From: a bacterium
GTDB lineage: Bacteria > Patescibacteriota > Minisyncoccia > Minisyncoccales > GWA2-46-15
DNA length: 64,000 nucleotides
Assembly: GCA_030693425.1 (NCBI GenBank)
Contig: JAUYAM010000002.1
Location: 384,632 to 448,631 of the forward strand
Direction of reading: 5' to 3'
Under the pieces are notes generated by a model. It made no database searches, was not told the DNA's origin, and saw only the letters and a program-made list of their open reading frames with translations. Made by a program: the position numbers and the translations under genes. Below, piece by piece: positions 28,441 through 36,086 of this stretch. How positions within the stretch are numbered: the stretch's first letter is position 1; each line of letters starts with the position of its first letter.

Positions 28441-29544
28441 TCACCTAGACATCATTTTTAATCCGTATTCCAGAACGGACTGGATATCGGGATTAAGAAC
28501 GTCCGGCTCATAAATCTCAAGATACTTGATAACTTTCCCTTTTTCGTTCGGTTTCAACCCCTTGTCTATTGATAGTTTCAAGGCCCTGGCTGGAGAATCC
28601 GGGTTTCCCATCTTCTCAGGATTCCTAGTGGCCGACGTTGACATCTGAAAGCCGGTAACGATCTGGCCGCTATGGCTCCTGACTATGTCGTAGCCGGCAC
28701 CGTCATCATCTTTGCCGGCGTTTAAGCCGCTGGTCTGTAGAGAAAACTGGCGGGGATAGTTAAGGCCTAAATTAATGACTTGTTCACGGGTCTTTGAACG
28801 CTCCTGGTTATCAATCTCGCCCTTTTCATTGATCGGCAAGCCCGGATAAAGGGCTAAGGAAAAATGCTGGTTTGGGAATATTTCTGCGTATTGGCTAAAA
28901 ACCTGTTCCCAGGCGCTGATGTATTTTGAAGGCCGATAGCCATGAAGCAGCCACTTTTGAAGATCTTCCTCGGCGTTGGGAAGGGACATTTCAGCTGAAA
29001 CCGAAGTCGGGCCGGCAACGGCGATGGCAACGAATTCTTGCTTTTCGCCGTAACGCCGGCTCACCTCCGCCAGGAAGCTGAACCAGCGGTCAAGATAAGT
29101 CTTGTCCCAAGGCATGGGCAATTTTTCATATTTGCCAGCGCCTTGACCGTACTTCCTATAGAATTTGTCATTTTCTGTTCCTCGTAAAGCCCATTCAGGG
29201 GTTTCGAACCCGGGAATAAGGATGAAACGGACCGATTTTCCATTAGCAGCCGCTTTCTCAAAAACCGTATCAAGCTTTTCCCAATTAAAGCTATTATCAA
29301 TCAGCTCAATCTCTTTCCATCCAACCCTAAAGCTCAAACCGGAAATAAAAGGATTGCTATAAGTTTTATCGTCAAAGACGTCGGTCTCTTTAACAGCGAA
29401 GATGCCGCTAAACTCTGGTTTAGGGCCTGCCGGAGAGGAAGAGGGAAAGTCACTGGTTGCGGGCAGAACCGGCAAATAGTTTCTGATCACCAAACCAATG
29501 ACGACAATAACCAATATCGCCAAGGTTATTAATAACGGCTTCAT
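28441..29544 (-). CDS. Membrane-anchored extracytoplasmic protein, TIM-barrel glycosidase-like (weak)
   Basis: Start moved to MKPLLITLAILVIVV (TM); WKEIE..FNWEKLD..FETPEWA pattern. Confidence 0.4.
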   Translation of the reverse strand: MKPLLITLAILVIVVIGLVIRNYLPVLPATSDFPSSSPAGPKPEFSGIFAVKETDVFDDKTYSNPFISGLSFRVGWKEIELIDNSFNWEKLDTVFEKAAANGKSVRFILIPGFETPEWALRGTENDKFYRKYGQGAGKYEKLPMPWDKTYLDRWFSFLAEVSRRYGEKQEFVAIAVAGPTSVSAEMSLPNAEEDLQKWLLHGYRPSKYISAWEQVFSQYAEIFPNQHFSLALYPGLPINEKGEIDNQERSKTREQVINLGLNYPRQFSLQTSGLNAGKDDDGAGYDIVRSHSGQIVTGFQMSTSATRNPEKMGNPDSPARALKLSIDKGLKPNEKGKVIKYLEIYEPDVLNPDIQSVLEYGLKMMSR

Positions 29545-29566
29545 GAAAAAAGCGTTTGTAGTCACT

Positions 29567-29911
29567 TTATTCTTCGCACTCGCTTTCGCAGGCAAAAAGC
29601 TCTATGGGATCTTCGCTAAAATCCTTCCAGCAATTTTCGAAGCAGGATTTGCAGCTGCTGAATTCGGCGGTCTCAACCAGCTGGCATTCTCCGGCCACAA
29701 CCCGGCAGCTGGCGTATTGGCGACAAATATCGCCAGGAGCATATTCAAAGGTGCAAAATTCCGGGGCTTTCGGACCGCAACTTATCTCTAATCCATGGCA
29801 GTTTTCTATGACGCACTGCGAGCTTTTATGGTCCTTCGACAGATTTGAATAAATCAGCGACCAGATGCTGACAACGGCTAATATGCCGACTGCCAAAAGA
29901 CCGTAAAACAA
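29567..29911 (-). CDS. Small N-terminally anchored cysteine-rich protein (14 Cys)
   Basis: TM then CVIENCHGLEISCGP..CTFE..CRQYASC..CQL..CKSCFENC..CESEC. Confidence 0.55.
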   Translation of the reverse strand: MFYGLLAVGILAVVSIWSLIYSNLSKDHKSSQCVIENCHGLEISCGPKAPEFCTFEYAPGDICRQYASCRVVAGECQLVETAEFSSCKSCFENCWKDFSEDPIELFACESECEE

Positions 29912-29963
29912 CTTTTTATTTTTAATTATATTTTATGTCTTTAATTTTTTAATGATATTTCTT

Positions 29964-30009
29964 TGGGCTGGCTCGACTCAAAGCCTGCCCCAATGGCGTA
30001 TTTTAAAGG
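29964..30009 (-). repeat. Degenerate relative of the R6 tRNA-3'-half-like sequence
   Basis: Minus strand CCCTTTAAAATACGCCATTGGGGCAGGCTTTGAGTCGAGCCAGCCC aligns with 21233-21316 except for the 35-nt insertion. Confidence 0.6.
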
Positions 30010-30055
30010 GTTTTTCGCCTTTTTAGTTAAGCAACTAATATCCCGAAGCAGAAAT

Positions 30056-30691
30056 TTATTTTTGAGGGATTAAAAATATCTTCCTGACCAAATTAACGAT
30101 GCGTTGGATATCTCCAAGTTTTTGCTCCAACCCCAGACCTTTGGCAGAAAAATTCACCGGCACGCTTAAGTCAACAGGAATGTCTTTGTCAATGCGTATT
30201 TTTTTGTCCGGGTCTATATTGAGCATGTCTTTTAAGGGAATTTCCATATCTACCTTAAAATTGTCGTTGATAGGAATATCCAAGCTGACCGGCACTTTTA
30301 CAGATACGGGGATATCCATATCCAAGGAAAAAGGAACTTCAATCGGATAAATGCCGTAAAAAGGAACATTTATGTTTACAGTAACTTTTTGATCCCCTTT
30401 TACGGGAACTCTGGTATTTACCTCAAATTCTTTTTCAATGTGGAAAGTTTTATTTATGGGGACATACTGGTCTATTTTGACTGTCTGGGGCAGAATTTCA
30501 TTCAAATCAATGATGTCTTTCAAAAACATATCCAGCTTAATGGGCATGGTTTGGTTTATGGCAATGTTGGCTGAAATCCCGGGGTCAATCAAAGAGGATA
30601 TTTGCTTATCCATTGAGTCGCAGATAAGAGAAACTTGGCGCCTGACATAGAAAAATCCGCCTCCTATCGCCAGCAAAACAACTGCGGCCAT
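30056..30691 (-). pseudogene. Decaying paralog of 19581-20315 (start codon ATG>ATA, premature TAA)
   Basis: Nucleotide alignment by eye: ATAAACTCAAAATCA vs ATGAACTTAAAATCA at the 5' end. AAATAAATTTCTGC vs AAAGATATTTCTGC at the 3' end. A 211-aa ORF from an internal Met remains. Confidence 0.55.
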
Positions 30692-30855
30692 AATCGCGGC
30701 CGATAATGGTAATGATTTTGAGTTTATGGAATTGGAATTATTTGATAACTATCTTCAGTATATCATATTGTCCAAAAAGGACTTTCTTTTTGTTTAATAC
30801 CGGGCGTTATAAAAAAGGTACCTGACCCCTTTTACCTTCCTTCGGGTGGAAAAAC

Positions 30856-31623
30856 TCAAATTTTATTGTGCACAAGAATCAAAGTATTTCCGACAACCAC
30901 AAAATAATTATGTGGAAACGATGTTTGGAGATTATAAACGCTTAAAGGAATCGATATATTTGTCTTTTCTAAATTATATATTTTAACATCATTCTCGCCA
31001 TATCCAACCATTTTCTCGCCTAAGTTTAATTCTCTAACTCGTTTCCAAGTTAAAGATCCGTCTATATTTCTTACGGCGATAGGATGTTCGGAGGTAACGC
31101 CCAATACATCGTTAATCAAATAATAATCACTTGTCATTCTTGCTCGGTATTTTTGCACCGTGGATATGACGTACTTATCATCTTTATAGTCATAGCCTAT
31201 TATCTTATCACCAACTTTTAGATTTTCGATTGATTGGACACCGTTGGGTGTCAGCACTTTTGTTTCTTCGACAAAACTTCCTCCAGATGGAAAGGAATAC
31301 CACATGACTGTAGCATATGAGTAGAAAATTATGCCCACAATGAAAAGTGCGGATAAGATAAGACTAAATATTCTAAATTTAAACTTATATTCTTGAGTAA
31401 TAAATTTCGAAGCTAAAAAACCCACCCAAAAGGCGATTGGGAACCAAATAATTGCGAGCAAAATAAAGCCTTGAATCTCTGTTATCCATATCCCGTAATA
31501 TTGTCGGATTGAAGTCGTCAGGAAGTATAACAAGTCGAACAAGAAAAAAGTTAAAACCGTTGTTAGTATTGATGTTCCAACAACAACAAGGGGGTTCTTA
31601 AGATTTGTGGTTATATTTTTCAT
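30856..31623 (-). CDS. Four-TM membrane protein with C-terminal Hint (intein-like) domain
   Basis: Block B VTSEHPI; VYNLQTSFPHNYFVV; terminal LILVHN-KI; N-terminal KVLTPNGVQSIENLKVGDKI without the usual Cys. Confidence 0.75.
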   Translation of the reverse strand: MKNITTNLKNPLVVVGTSILTTVLTFFLFDLLYFLTTSIRQYYGIWITEIQGFILLAIIWFPIAFWVGFLASKFITQEYKFKFRIFSLILSALFIVGIIFYSYATVMWYSFPSGGSFVEETKVLTPNGVQSIENLKVGDKIIGYDYKDDKYVISTVQKYRARMTSDYYLINDVLGVTSEHPIAVRNIDGSLTWKRVRELNLGEKMVGYGENDVKIYNLEKTNISIPLSVYNLQTSFPHNYFVVVGNTLILVHNKI

Positions 31624-31717
31624 AATTTTAGTTCGATTAATTTATTAATATTATTCTAACAATTCTTCAATTGAAACGCCGAGAGCTTTGATAATTTTGA
31701 GGTAAGTCGGTCTCTCG

Positions 31718-31762
31718 ATAAAAAATGCTGACTGCGGGGATAATCTCCGGTACTTTGAACCG
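31718..31762 (-). repeat. tRNA-trailer-like motif copy R3 with T-arm-like hairpin
   Basis: Minus strand CGGTTCAAAGTACCGGAGATTATCCCCGCAGTCAGCATTTTTTAT. Confidence 0.8.
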
Positions 31763-31868
31763 AAAAAATGACTCAAATTTCAAGGATGTTGATAAGAGTA
31801 TATACGAATTAAGGGCTATGTTCAAACAACGTCCTGAATGGTTTGAAATTAATATTAACCCCGAGAGT

Positions 31869-32483
31869 TTAACATACGCTTTTTAACTCAAGTAAAGAAA
31901 TAATTTTTGGTGTGTAATTATATTTGTTTTCTCTATCAATTAATATTGCTTCAAAACCTACTCCCTTGGCTCCCATAATGTCTTGGTCTAAAGAATCTCC
32001 AATCATAAGCACTTTGCTTGGCTTTACTTGCATGCCGCGTACTGCCAGTTGAAAAATTTTAGGGTCGGGCTTCATAAACCCTGCTTCGAAGGAGAAAATT
32101 TCTCTATCGAAATAATGTCTTAAATCCAACCTTCTCACCTGCTCTCTTGTTATTGGTGGGGAATTGGTTATCAAGACTAATTTTTTGCCTTTTTCTTTTA
32201 AGTAGCCTAAGACATCTTTTGTCTCTGGATACAGTTTAGAGCTAGAGTTGATAAGCCAGTCCTTGATAGATGTTAGCTCTTCTTCTGTTGTAAATATTTC
32301 CTTATCTACACGTACGAGAAATTTATCCAAAGAGGAATCTTCGGTATGCCACCGGACAAAAAGTTCTTTTAGTTTTTTGAATCGTTCTGATCCGAGCTTT
32401 TCTTCTAAACGTTTTCCAACGTTCTCTATGTCTTCAAGAAAAGCAATCGTATTCCAGAGATCAAATAATATAACTTTATACAT
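31869..32483 (-). CDS. HAD-superfamily hydrolase
   Basis: Start moved to MYKVILFDLWNT (motif I); ITNSP and GDSLDQD motifs; the track's 56-aa N-terminal extension runs through the GC-rich non-coding island. Confidence 0.8.
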   Translation of the reverse strand: MYKVILFDLWNTIAFLEDIENVGKRLEEKLGSERFKKLKELFVRWHTEDSSLDKFLVRVDKEIFTTEEELTSIKDWLINSSSKLYPETKDVLGYLKEKGKKLVLITNSPPITREQVRRLDLRHYFDREIFSFEAGFMKPDPKIFQLAVRGMQVKPSKVLMIGDSLDQDIMGAKGVGFEAILIDRENKYNYTPKIISLLELKSVC

Positions 32484-32495
32484 ACATATTTTGGG

Positions 32496-32870
32496 GCGGT
32501 GTGTATTTGAAAATATCCGAACCGAACTGGCTGGGCCCCGCCTGCGTTGACTCGGCCTTCGTAGCCACTCTCGCCTCGCCAGAGCCTTCGGCGGAGCGCG
32601 GGTCGGCGAAGGAGGCAACTTCGGCGGGCAGGTCGGCGGGCGGCCCCGCAACTATCTCGCTTCGCTCGAAGTGCGGGGTAAAAATTCCCCCTAGCCCCCT
32701 GGAGTTTACCCCGCATAATCCCGAAGGGATTTGTGCGGGACCCGCCTCGCCTTGCCTGCCCGACCGAAGCAGTGCGTAGGCGGGAAGCGGAAGCGGAAAG
32801 AACGATTTCAAGTTTTTCGTTCCGCTTTTAGCGGAACTCCGAGCTTTGCTCGGTTTGGCGGCAAATTTCC
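32496..32870 (-). ncRNA. GC-rich hairpin-dense island Y (candidate structured RNA; function unknown)
   Basis: Visibly GC-rich vs flanks. 11-bp perfect stem 32672-32682/32705-32715; hairpins ATCCC-GAA-GGGAT, CCGAGC-TTT-GCTCGG, CCGC-TTTTA-GCGG; several CCCCGC/GCGGGG segments. Strand assignment tentative. Confidence 0.3.
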
Positions 32871-32875
32871 TATCT

Positions 32876-33007
32876 TTTATCTGCTATTAAAATAACAAAT
32901 TTACAATTTAATGTATATGGAGGATTTGCTGCTTCAAAATCCTCTATAACTTCTGATTCATACATTTGTGCTTGATAATTTCGAAAAAGGTTTTTTAGAA
33001 CCCTTTT
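32876..33007 (-). repeat. Perfect 132-bp duplicate of the methyltransferase gene 3' end (copy without the rest of the gene)
   Basis: Identical by eye to 35313-35444. Confidence 0.9.
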
Positions 33008-33010
33008 GTG

Positions 33011-33032
33011 GACGGGGGACGTTTCACTTTTA
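33011..33032. repeat. REP-like element, orientation a (GACGGGGGACGTTTCACTTTT)
   Basis: Reverse complement matches AAAAG(A/T)GAAACGTCCCC at 33738-33790. Confidence 0.75.
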
Positions 33033-33041
33033 AACAGAGTT

Positions 33042-33692
33042 TTAGTCATTTTTAATGTGTTGGCTTAATTTCCTTTCTATCTTTCTTTTCTCCATATATT
33101 TTTGACTATTGCTTCCCCATATCTCCTCACTATATGTTTTTTTAATTATCTGAGAGATAGTTAGTTTTTGATAGTTTATCTGCCTTTCTTTCTTGTCTTT
33201 TCCTAATCCTTGATAAAAGGAATCATCTGTTAAAAGTTCGTTTTCTTTTCCTTGGGCATAATAACCATAGCTTGAATAAGGATATTCTTGAGGTTTTTTT
33301 GTGATATTGGCTCTTACTGGATTTAATTCAATATATTTTCCACATTGAATAAAATATTCATCTTTTCCTACTGGCTTGTTTTTAAATCTGTTTTGCCAAA
33401 AGTGTCCTGTCCAGCCATACTTTTTCCTAAAATAATGATAATAGGAAAGATTTAGTTTTTTCATTAAAACAGAAAAATCTGTAGATTTATTGGTTTGGAT
33501 TAGAAGATGGACGTGATTTGGCATTAAACAATAATGATAAAGATCAAAAGGATGTTCTTTTTTATATTTTTTAATCAAGTTTAGAAAATACAAATAATCT
33601 TCTTTTTCTCTAAAGATTACATTTTTATTGTTTCCTCTTGTTATTATATGATAGCAAGATTGAAATAAAAGAAAACGAGGTAGCCTTGGCAT
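33042..33692 (-). CDS. REP-associated tyrosine transposase (RAYT; IS200/Y1 transposase-like)
   Basis: CYHIITRGNN...; HUH motif MPNHVHLLI; about 216 aa; flanked by inverted REP-like sequences. Confidence 0.85.
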   Translation of the reverse strand: MPRLPRFLLFQSCYHIITRGNNKNVIFREKEDYLYFLNLIKKYKKEHPFDLYHYCLMPNHVHLLIQTNKSTDFSVLMKKLNLSYYHYFRKKYGWTGHFWQNRFKNKPVGKDEYFIQCGKYIELNPVRANITKKPQEYPYSSYGYYAQGKENELLTDDSFYQGLGKDKKERQINYQKLTISQIIKKTYSEEIWGSNSQKYMEKRKIERKLSQHIKND

Positions 33693-33737
33693 TGTTTAAT
33701 TCTAACATGGATTAACTAAAATGACTAACTTCTTATT

Positions 33738-33802
33738 CAAAAGAGAAACGTCCCCTTTTAACGCCAAAAGAGAAACGTCCCCTTTTAACGTCCCCTTTTA
33801 AC
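33738..33802. repeat. Tandem REP-like repeats, orientation b (2.5 x about 26 nt)
   Basis: CAAAAGAGAAACGTCCCCTTTTAACG twice, then TCCCCTTTTAAC. Confidence 0.85.
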
Positions 33803-33870
33803 TTTTAACCTTCGGGTGAGGGGTTGACCATGGAGAATAGATTAAATATTTGATGAGTCTCGGCCTCTCG

Positions 33871-33889
33871 ATAAAAAATGCTGACTATG
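33871..33889 (-). repeat. tRNA-trailer-like motif copy R2 (5' part diverged)
   Basis: Minus strand CATAGTCAGCATTTTTTATCGAGAGGCCGA. Confidence 0.7.
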
Positions 33890-33924
33890 AAACGTACAAA
33901 TTGCTACGCAATTTTACGTTCCAG

Positions 33925-33973
33925 CCACGTTGAACGTAAGATTTTGCAAAGCAAAATCGACGTTCTTACGTGG
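33925..33973. repeat. 49-nt imperfect palindrome rich in ACGT boxes (REP-related cluster)
   Basis: CCACGT-TGAACGTAAGATTTTGC-AAA-GCAAAATCGACGTTCTTACGTGG. Confidence 0.65.
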
Positions 33974-34025
33974 CGGAGAACTATTTACAGTGTTATAACC
34001 TATTTTACGTTGAGAACTGTGTGTA

Positions 34026-35090
34026 TTAATCGGTGATCCAATATATATCTACAGGACTATTTTGTTTATAATTATAGTTACTTAAGATTCTTGCCCTGTT
34101 TCCCGTAGCCATATCAAGCAATTCAACCGTAATTCGGTACGGACCTCCACAATCTATATCCCATGGCAGACAACTCGTATCTCCTAATAAGAGATATTTA
34201 CCATCTGGAGATGCTGCAAGCGCATCGATACCAAATTTTTGTTTCTTCGGATATGTTTGTATTATTTCCTTTTTGTTTATGTTATAAATTCGAATCACAT
34301 CCCGTCCTGATTGAGTATTCCAATTTGGAATATAGATATACGCAATTGTTTCGCTATTAAGCACCTGGAATCTATCTACATAGTCTAATCCTTGCAATCG
34401 AAGAATTTCTTTTGAAGAAACATTCAACTTATACAAAAATCCGTAAATTCTAATAAGCACATTGTTTTCATCAAGCCAATCTAAAACACTTCTGTGTTTC
34501 CAATGATAGAAAGAAAAATCATCACACTCGCTCTTAGGACGACCACCGATTTTACAAATTTCCTGAATGTTGGATGCGAGATCTACGTGAGTTGTAGTGT
34601 CATCGTGCGTGTTAATAACCTCTATGTTTTGTTGGGATAAAAGTGCAATCTGTTCTCCATTTTTAGAAAAACTTATGACATAGCCGGGAACATTTTTTTG
34701 AGTATCTTCATACCTTAAAAGAAATGTCTTACTGATGTTGCCTTGCGAGTCGCTTACAATGAGTTTCGGATCTGGCAATACACCCTTATAGCCCAAGACT
34801 TTTCTGTCTGCAGTCACTATAGCCTGATGCTGACCATCTCTGGAAAATATTCGTTCGGATACGACAAACCTATTCTCATCTATTGTTGGTTGTGTTAATG
34901 CGCTCTTGATAACTGACTGTTTAGCGATATCCAGCCATCCATCTATAAGATAAATCTTGGAATTTATGCCAGTATTGAACTGTCTGATTGTGTGCTGTTG
35001 CAGTATTTTATTACCAATGGAAAAAAATGTTACGATCAGAATAACTATCAATGCATACCGTAGAGTTTTTGAGGTCAATGCAGTTTTCAC
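34026..35090 (-). CDS. N-terminally anchored beta-propeller-like protein (TolB/PD40-like, weak)
   Basis: GTG start behind TATAAT; TM; SPDGKYLLLGD-type repeat. Confidence 0.45.
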   Translation of the reverse strand: MKTALTSKTLRYALIVILIVTFFSIGNKILQQHTIRQFNTGINSKIYLIDGWLDIAKQSVIKSALTQPTIDENRFVVSERIFSRDGQHQAIVTADRKVLGYKGVLPDPKLIVSDSQGNISKTFLLRYEDTQKNVPGYVISFSKNGEQIALLSQQNIEVINTHDDTTTHVDLASNIQEICKIGGRPKSECDDFSFYHWKHRSVLDWLDENNVLIRIYGFLYKLNVSSKEILRLQGLDYVDRFQVLNSETIAYIYIPNWNTQSGRDVIRIYNINKKEIIQTYPKKQKFGIDALAASPDGKYLLLGDTSCLPWDIDCGGPYRITVELLDMATGNRARILSNYNYKQNSPVDIYWITD

Positions 35091-35130
35091 GCCATTAAAT
35101 CATACCATATTATAGAATAGCGATCAAAGT

Positions 35131-35305
35131 GTGGTGTGCGTTCGAAAAAATCTTTACCCTGTACTTCTACTTCGGGGGACGATTTTCCACCTTCACTAAA
35201 GTTTCGGCGGACAGGCAAGTCTTTCCCTGCCCCGTACCGAATTCATTCTGGTGCGGGGTTTGCTTTGCCCTCCGTAGTTTTTACAAAGGATGGGGCGGCA
35301 AATTC
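35131..35305 (-). ncRNA. GC-rich island X, shorter relative of island Y (candidate structured RNA)
   Basis: Shares both ends with Y (GTGTG..TTCGAAAAAATC and GGCGGCAAATT). 9-bp stem CCCCGTACC/GGTGCGGGG; contains REP-like CGGGGGACGATTTTCCAC. Confidence 0.3.
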
Positions 35306-35306
35306 T

Positions 35307-35987
35307 TTATTCTTTATCTGCTATTAAAATAACAAATTTACAATTTAATGTATATGGAGGATTTGCTGCTTCAAAATCCTCTATAACTTCTGATTCATAC
35401 ATTTGTGCTTGATAATTTCGAAAAAGGTTTTTTAGAACCCTTTTTGCATCATTTAAAGTATAAAGGGGTTCTTTGCCAAATATAATTAATTTTCCATTTA
35501 GAGAAGTTCTTTTTATGTCTGTTGCAAAATCAATTATTACTCTTCCGTTTGGTTTAAGAATCCTATCAATTTCAAAAATTATTTGTCGTAAAACTTCTTT
35601 TGGAAAAAGATGTAAGGTACCCGTGCAAAAAATGCCATCAAATAGACCGTCTTCGAATGGAAATTTCTTGGTCATATCGAAAGCTTTCGTATTTAATTTT
35701 TTCCTATATTCCTTTGGAGTATTGTGCCACAATTTACTAAGGGCACTTTCATCAATATCGGTAACGACAACAAAATCGGCTTTTTTTAATAGATTCAAAT
35801 TATAGCGACCATCGCCAGCGGCGAGATTTAACCATTTGCCATGAATTTCAATCTTCCCCAAGAGTTCCATGGTATCTTTATCGCCAGTTCCCCAAATTGA
35901 AGTTTTAGCCGTTTCAAAATAATTAACTCCTTCGGTAAAGATATACTTATCTTCTTTTGGCTTATGGGGTCTTATTATTTTTTCCAT
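35307..35987 (-). CDS. Class I SAM-dependent methyltransferase
   Basis: Motif I WLNLAAGDGRY; post-I VVTDID. Confidence 0.8.
   Translation of the reverse strand: MEKIIRPHKPKEDKYIFTEGVNYFETAKTSIWGTGDKDTMELLGKIEIHGKWLNLAAGDGRYNLNLLKKADFVVVTDIDESALSKLWHNTPKEYRKKLNTKAFDMTKKFPFEDGLFDGIFCTGTLHLFPKEVLRQIIFEIDRILKPNGRVIIDFATDIKRTSLNGKLIIFGKEPLYTLNDAKRVLKNLFRNYQAQMYESEVIEDFEAANPPYTLNCKFVILIADKE
35313..35444 (-). repeat. 132-bp segment (3' end of the methyltransferase CDS) duplicated perfectly at 32876-33007
   Basis: Direct repeats bracket the RAYT/beta-propeller segment. Confidence 0.9.
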
Positions 35988-36009
35988 AAAGGTTTTTTAC
36001 AGAGGTTTT

Positions 36010-36063
36010 TACAGAGGTCAGACCTCTGTAAATTTTCAATTGTGGGAGGTCGGACCTCCCACA
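36010..36063. repeat. Two adjacent perfect hairpins sharing a GAGGTC-N-GACCTC core
   Basis: TACAGAGGTCAGACCTCTGTA (36010-36030) and TGTGGGAGGTCGGACCTCCCACA (36041-36063). Confidence 0.8.
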
Positions 36064-36086
36064 TTTTTATCTCGGTCGGGACTATT

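Noticed and set aside
32484-32651. 56-aa N-terminal extension of the HAD hydrolase ORF (MRGRPPTCPPKLPPSP...)
   Set aside because: The extension is Arg/Pro-rich nonsense read through GC-rich island Y. The HAD motif I (MYKVILFDLWNT) begins at the internal Met at 32483. The other ORFs across 32426-32811 on both strands are equally low-complexity.
32496-32870. Island Y as RNase P RNA, tmRNA, SRP RNA or a group I/II intron
   Set aside because: By eye I could not find GGAAAGTCC-type RNase P CR-I, a tmRNA tag ORF with a tRNA-like 3' end ending in CCA, the SRP GGAA/AGCA domain IV motif, or intron-encoded ORFs. A covariance-model scan is still needed.
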